Source: Vulcanimicrobiota bacterium
GTDB lineage: Bacteria > Vulcanimicrobiota > Vulcanimicrobiia > Vulcanimicrobiales > Vulcanimicrobiaceae
DNA length: 64,000 bases
Direction of reading: 5' to 3'
Assembly (NCBI GenBank): GCA_963812155.1
Contig: CAWETW010000001.1
Location: forward strand, 640,001 to 704,000
In this document: positions 61,404 through 64,000 of the stretch, piece by piece
How the letters are laid out: each line of letters begins with the position of its first letter
Numbering within the stretch: the first letter of the stretch is position 1
Translations under genes and position numbers: made by a program
Notes under the pieces: model-generated
Seen by the model: the letters and a program-made list of their open reading frames with translations, nothing else
What the model was told of the DNA's origin: nothing
Database searches by the model: none

Positions 61404-63436
61404 TGATTGAGTTTGGGCGAGGGGTTTGCGGCGATTTGGCTTCTGCCGAGCGCCGGGAATGGCTCGTCACGAACGGCTTGGGCGGTTTCGCGTCGGGGAC
61501 GATTGCCGGAACGCTGACGCGACGCTACCACGGGTTGCTGATTGCGGCATTTCGTCCGCCGGTGGAGCGCATGCTCCTCGTCGCGAAGATCGACGAGGTT
61601 GCGACCTATCGCGGCCGGCGCGCGGAACTCAACGCCAATCGCTGGCGCGACGACTACGTTTCGCCGAACGGCTACACGCTCATCGAGCGTTTTCGTCTCG
61701 ACGGCAGCCTACCGGTCTGGGAGTATGCAATCGCCGACGCGCTGCTCGAGAAACGCGTGTGGATGGAGCCCGGAGCAAACCGCACGTACGTGCAGTATCG
61801 CGTGCTGCGCGCCGCCTCTCCGATCGATCTTTCCTTGCGCATCTTCGTCAATTATCGCGACTTCCACGGAAATACGCACGCGGGCGATTGGCACATCGGC
61901 ATCACGAGCGAAGATCCGCGGCGCCTTCGAGTGGATGCGGTAGCCGACGGACGCCCCTTCTGGATCGCCGCCGATGGGGGCGCAATCGCCGTAGAAAACG
62001 TGTGGTACCGCGATTTCGTGCTCGCGCAGGAAACGATGCGCGGATTGGACGACCGCGACGACAATCTTGCAGCCGGCAGCGCGAGCGTCACCCTGGAGCC
62101 GGGGGCGTCGATCGCGATAGCGTGTTCCGACGAGGCGATTGAAACCGTCGACGTCGTCGCGGCGATGGAACGTCGAGCGGCGCACGATGCCGCGGTGACG
62201 GCCGCATACCCGCGCACGGCGCCGTTCTCCGGCGTGGGGAGTGCGCGGAACGACGAGCAACCGGCTAGGCTCGTGCAGTGCGCGCTCGCCGCGGATCAAT
62301 TCGTCGTCGCGCATCCGATCGATACGGACCCCGGCGCGCGCTCGATTATCGCGGGCTACCATTGGTTCGGCGATTGGGGACGCGACACGATGATCGCGCT
62401 GCCCGGCCTTACGCTCACGACCGGGAGGCCAGAAATCGCGCGTTCGATCCTCACGACGTTTTCGGCGTTCGTAGACGGCGGCATGCTGCCGAACTTTTTC
62501 CCGGAACACGGCCAAGCCCCGGAATATAACACCGTCGACGCGGCGCTGTGGTACGTCGAGACCGCGGCGCGCTATGTCGAGCTTACGGGCGACGACGCGA
62601 CGCTGCGTGCGTTGTGGCCGTCGCTGCAGCAGGTCGTCGCACGTTATCGCGACGGAACGCGCTACGGGATTCACATGGACGGCGACGGGCTCATCGTCGC
62701 GAGCGCGCCCGGCGTGCAACTGACGTGGATGGATGCGAAGGTGGGCGACCGGGTCATCACGCCGCGCATGGGGAAGCCCGTGGAAATCGCCGCCCTTTGG
62801 TACAACGCGCTGATGCGCATGCAGACTCTCGCGACGCGCCTGGGCGATGACGGCGCCGGGACGTACGCTGCGCTTGCCGCAAAGGCGCGGACGGGATTCG
62901 AGAAGTTTTGGAACGAGGCAGGCGGATATTGTTACGACGTCATCGACGGACCCGACGGTAGCGACGCGTCGCTTCGGCCGAACCAGATCTTCGCAGCGGC
63001 ACTGCCCCATGCAGTGATCTCTTTGGAGCGCGCGCGCGGCGTCGTCGACGTCTGCGCGGCGCATCTCGTCACGTCCGCCGGGTTGCGGTCGCTCGCGCCC
63101 GAGGACCCGCGTTACGTCGCATACTATCGCGGTCCGCCGGGCGAGCGCGATGCTGCCTACCATCAAGGCACCGTTTGGGCCTGGCTGCTGGGCCCGTTCG
63201 CAATCGCGCACGCACGCATCTATCGCGATGCCGCCGCGGCACGATCGTTTCTGCGGCCGCTCGCCGATTCGATATTCGATGCCGGACTCGGCACGATCGG
63301 CGAAATTGCCGACGCGACGGCGCCGTTTGCGCCGCAGGGCGCGATCGCGCAAGCGTGGTCCGTCGGCGAGTTGCTGCGAGCGTGGCACGAGATTCCCGGC
63401 CTCGGCGCAGGGCGGCCTCGCCCCCTAGCGCAATAG
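61403..63436 (+). CDS. Amylo-alpha-1,6-glucosidase (glycogen debranching family)
   Basis: REWLVTNGLGGFASGT, AGYHWFGDWGRDTMI, LTWMDAK, YHQGTVW, QAWSV. Confidence 0.92.
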   Translation: MIEFGRGVCGDLASAERREWLVTNGLGGFASGTIAGTLTRRYHGLLIAAFRPPVERMLLVAKIDEVATYRGRRAELNANRWRDDYVSPNGYTLIERFRLDGSLPVWEYAIADALLEKRVWMEPGANRTYVQYRVLRAASPIDLSLRIFVNYRDFHGNTHAGDWHIGITSEDPRRLRVDAVADGRPFWIAADGGAIAVENVWYRDFVLAQETMRGLDDRDDNLAAGSASVTLEPGASIAIACSDEAIETVDVVAAMERRAAHDAAVTAAYPRTAPFSGVGSARNDEQPARLVQCALAADQFVVAHPIDTDPGARSIIAGYHWFGDWGRDTMIALPGLTLTTGRPEIARSILTTFSAFVDGGMLPNFFPEHGQAPEYNTVDAALWYVETAARYVELTGDDATLRALWPSLQQVVARYRDGTRYGIHMDGDGLIVASAPGVQLTWMDAKVGDRVITPRMGKPVEIAALWYNALMRMQTLATRLGDDGAGTYAALAAKARTGFEKFWNEAGGYCYDVIDGPDGSDASLRPNQIFAAALPHAVISLERARGVVDVCAAHLVTSAGLRSLAPEDPRYVAYYRGPPGERDAAYHQGTVWAWLLGPFAIAHARIYRDAAAARSFLRPLADSIFDAGLGTIGEIADATAPFAPQGAIAQAWSVGELLRAWHEIPGLGAGRPRPLAQ

Positions 63437-63444
63437 GGGCGCCA

Positions 63445-64000
63445 ATGGCACGGGGGTATTGGGCGGATCCGTTTGCGTATCTCGGCATGCACCGGGAAGG
63501 CAACGGGCTCGTGCTGCGCACGTCGCAACCGCGCGCTCTCGGCGTGCGCGTGCGGACGCGTGAGGGCAAAGATCTTGGCGCGTTGGCGCGGCTCGACGAC
63601 GACGGGCTCTACGAAATCCGGTTTGCGCGCCGGCGCAAACCGTTCGACTACGTGCTCGAGGTCGAAGGTTCGGGCGGCCCCATGCTCGTTGAGGATCCCT
63701 ATCGCTTCAGACCGCTGCTCGGCGACGTTGACTCCTACCTGATTGCCGAGGGAAACCACCACGAACTGTGGCGAGTGCTCGGCGCGCATTGCCGCACCAT
63801 CGACGGCGTCGCCGGCACGGCGTTTGCCGTGTGGGCTCCCAATGCGCTGCGCGTCAGCGTCGTCGGCGATTTCAACGGGTGGGACGGCCGCTACCATCCG
63901 ATGCGCAAGCGCGTCGAATGCGGCGTGTGGGAGATCTTTATTCCGGGCGTCGCCGGCGGCGCACGCTACAAGTTCGAACTGGAACGTCCGGAAGGCGGAT
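63445..64000 (+). CDS. glgB: 1,4-alpha-glucan branching enzyme, runs off the window end
   Basis: Manual translation MARGYWADPFAYLGMH...EDPYRF...LGAH...FAVWAPNA.RVSVVGDFNGWDG...GVWEIFIPG...YKFE. Confidence 0.92.
   Translation, partial: MARGYWADPFAYLGMHREGNGLVLRTSQPRALGVRVRTREGKDLGALARLDDDGLYEIRFARRRKPFDYVLEVEGSGGPMLVEDPYRFRPLLGDVDSYLIAEGNHHELWRVLGAHCRTIDGVAGTAFAVWAPNALRVSVVGDFNGWDGRYHPMRKRVECGVWEIFIPGVAGGARYKFELERPEGG

Noticed and set aside
61709..63388. Long antisense ORFs (also 6952-9075, 15771-17297, 30283-31605, 46120-47640)
   Set aside because: Typical high-GC shadow frames opposite well-supported genes, with no recognisable motifs

Overview
High-GC bacterial chromosome segment. The many secreted beta-propeller lipoproteins, XRE-ATPase-TPR regulator and GloVer-repeat protein suggest Eremiobacterota/Vulcanimicrobiota, but this is inference only. 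Housekeeping content: clpC, a SufT/DUF59 factor, dispersed propionyl-/methylmalonyl-CoA genes (carboxyltransferase, epsilon-like protein, biotin carboxylase-BCCP, mutase, epimerase), fabI, amtB, a peptidoglycan-recycling operon (ABC ATPase, nagZ, serine hydrolase, anmK, BadF-type kinase, murQ, DUF4127), several peptidases, and glycoside hydrolase/glycogen genes ending in glgB. About ten small frameshifts and one nonsense codon fall in otherwise intact genes, which looks like long-read consensus error. Best leads: (1) two secreted Tyr-rich repeat proteins with a shared architecture, one convergent with a CHRD-domain gene plus an unusual type-3 copper (tyrosinase-like) gene, suggesting a possible DOPA/quinone-crosslinked extracellular matrix system; (2) a complete leader-peptide/antiterminator/terminator attenuator upstream of a DHA2 MFS efflux gene; (3) a dispersed REP-like family (GTGTCA-N2-CTGAGCG...GTCGAAG, covarying GNA-loop hairpins) that is read in frame inside two enzymes, provides stop codons, nests in itself and truncates a Uma2 gene. 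No rRNA, tRNA, CRISPR array or transposase was found.
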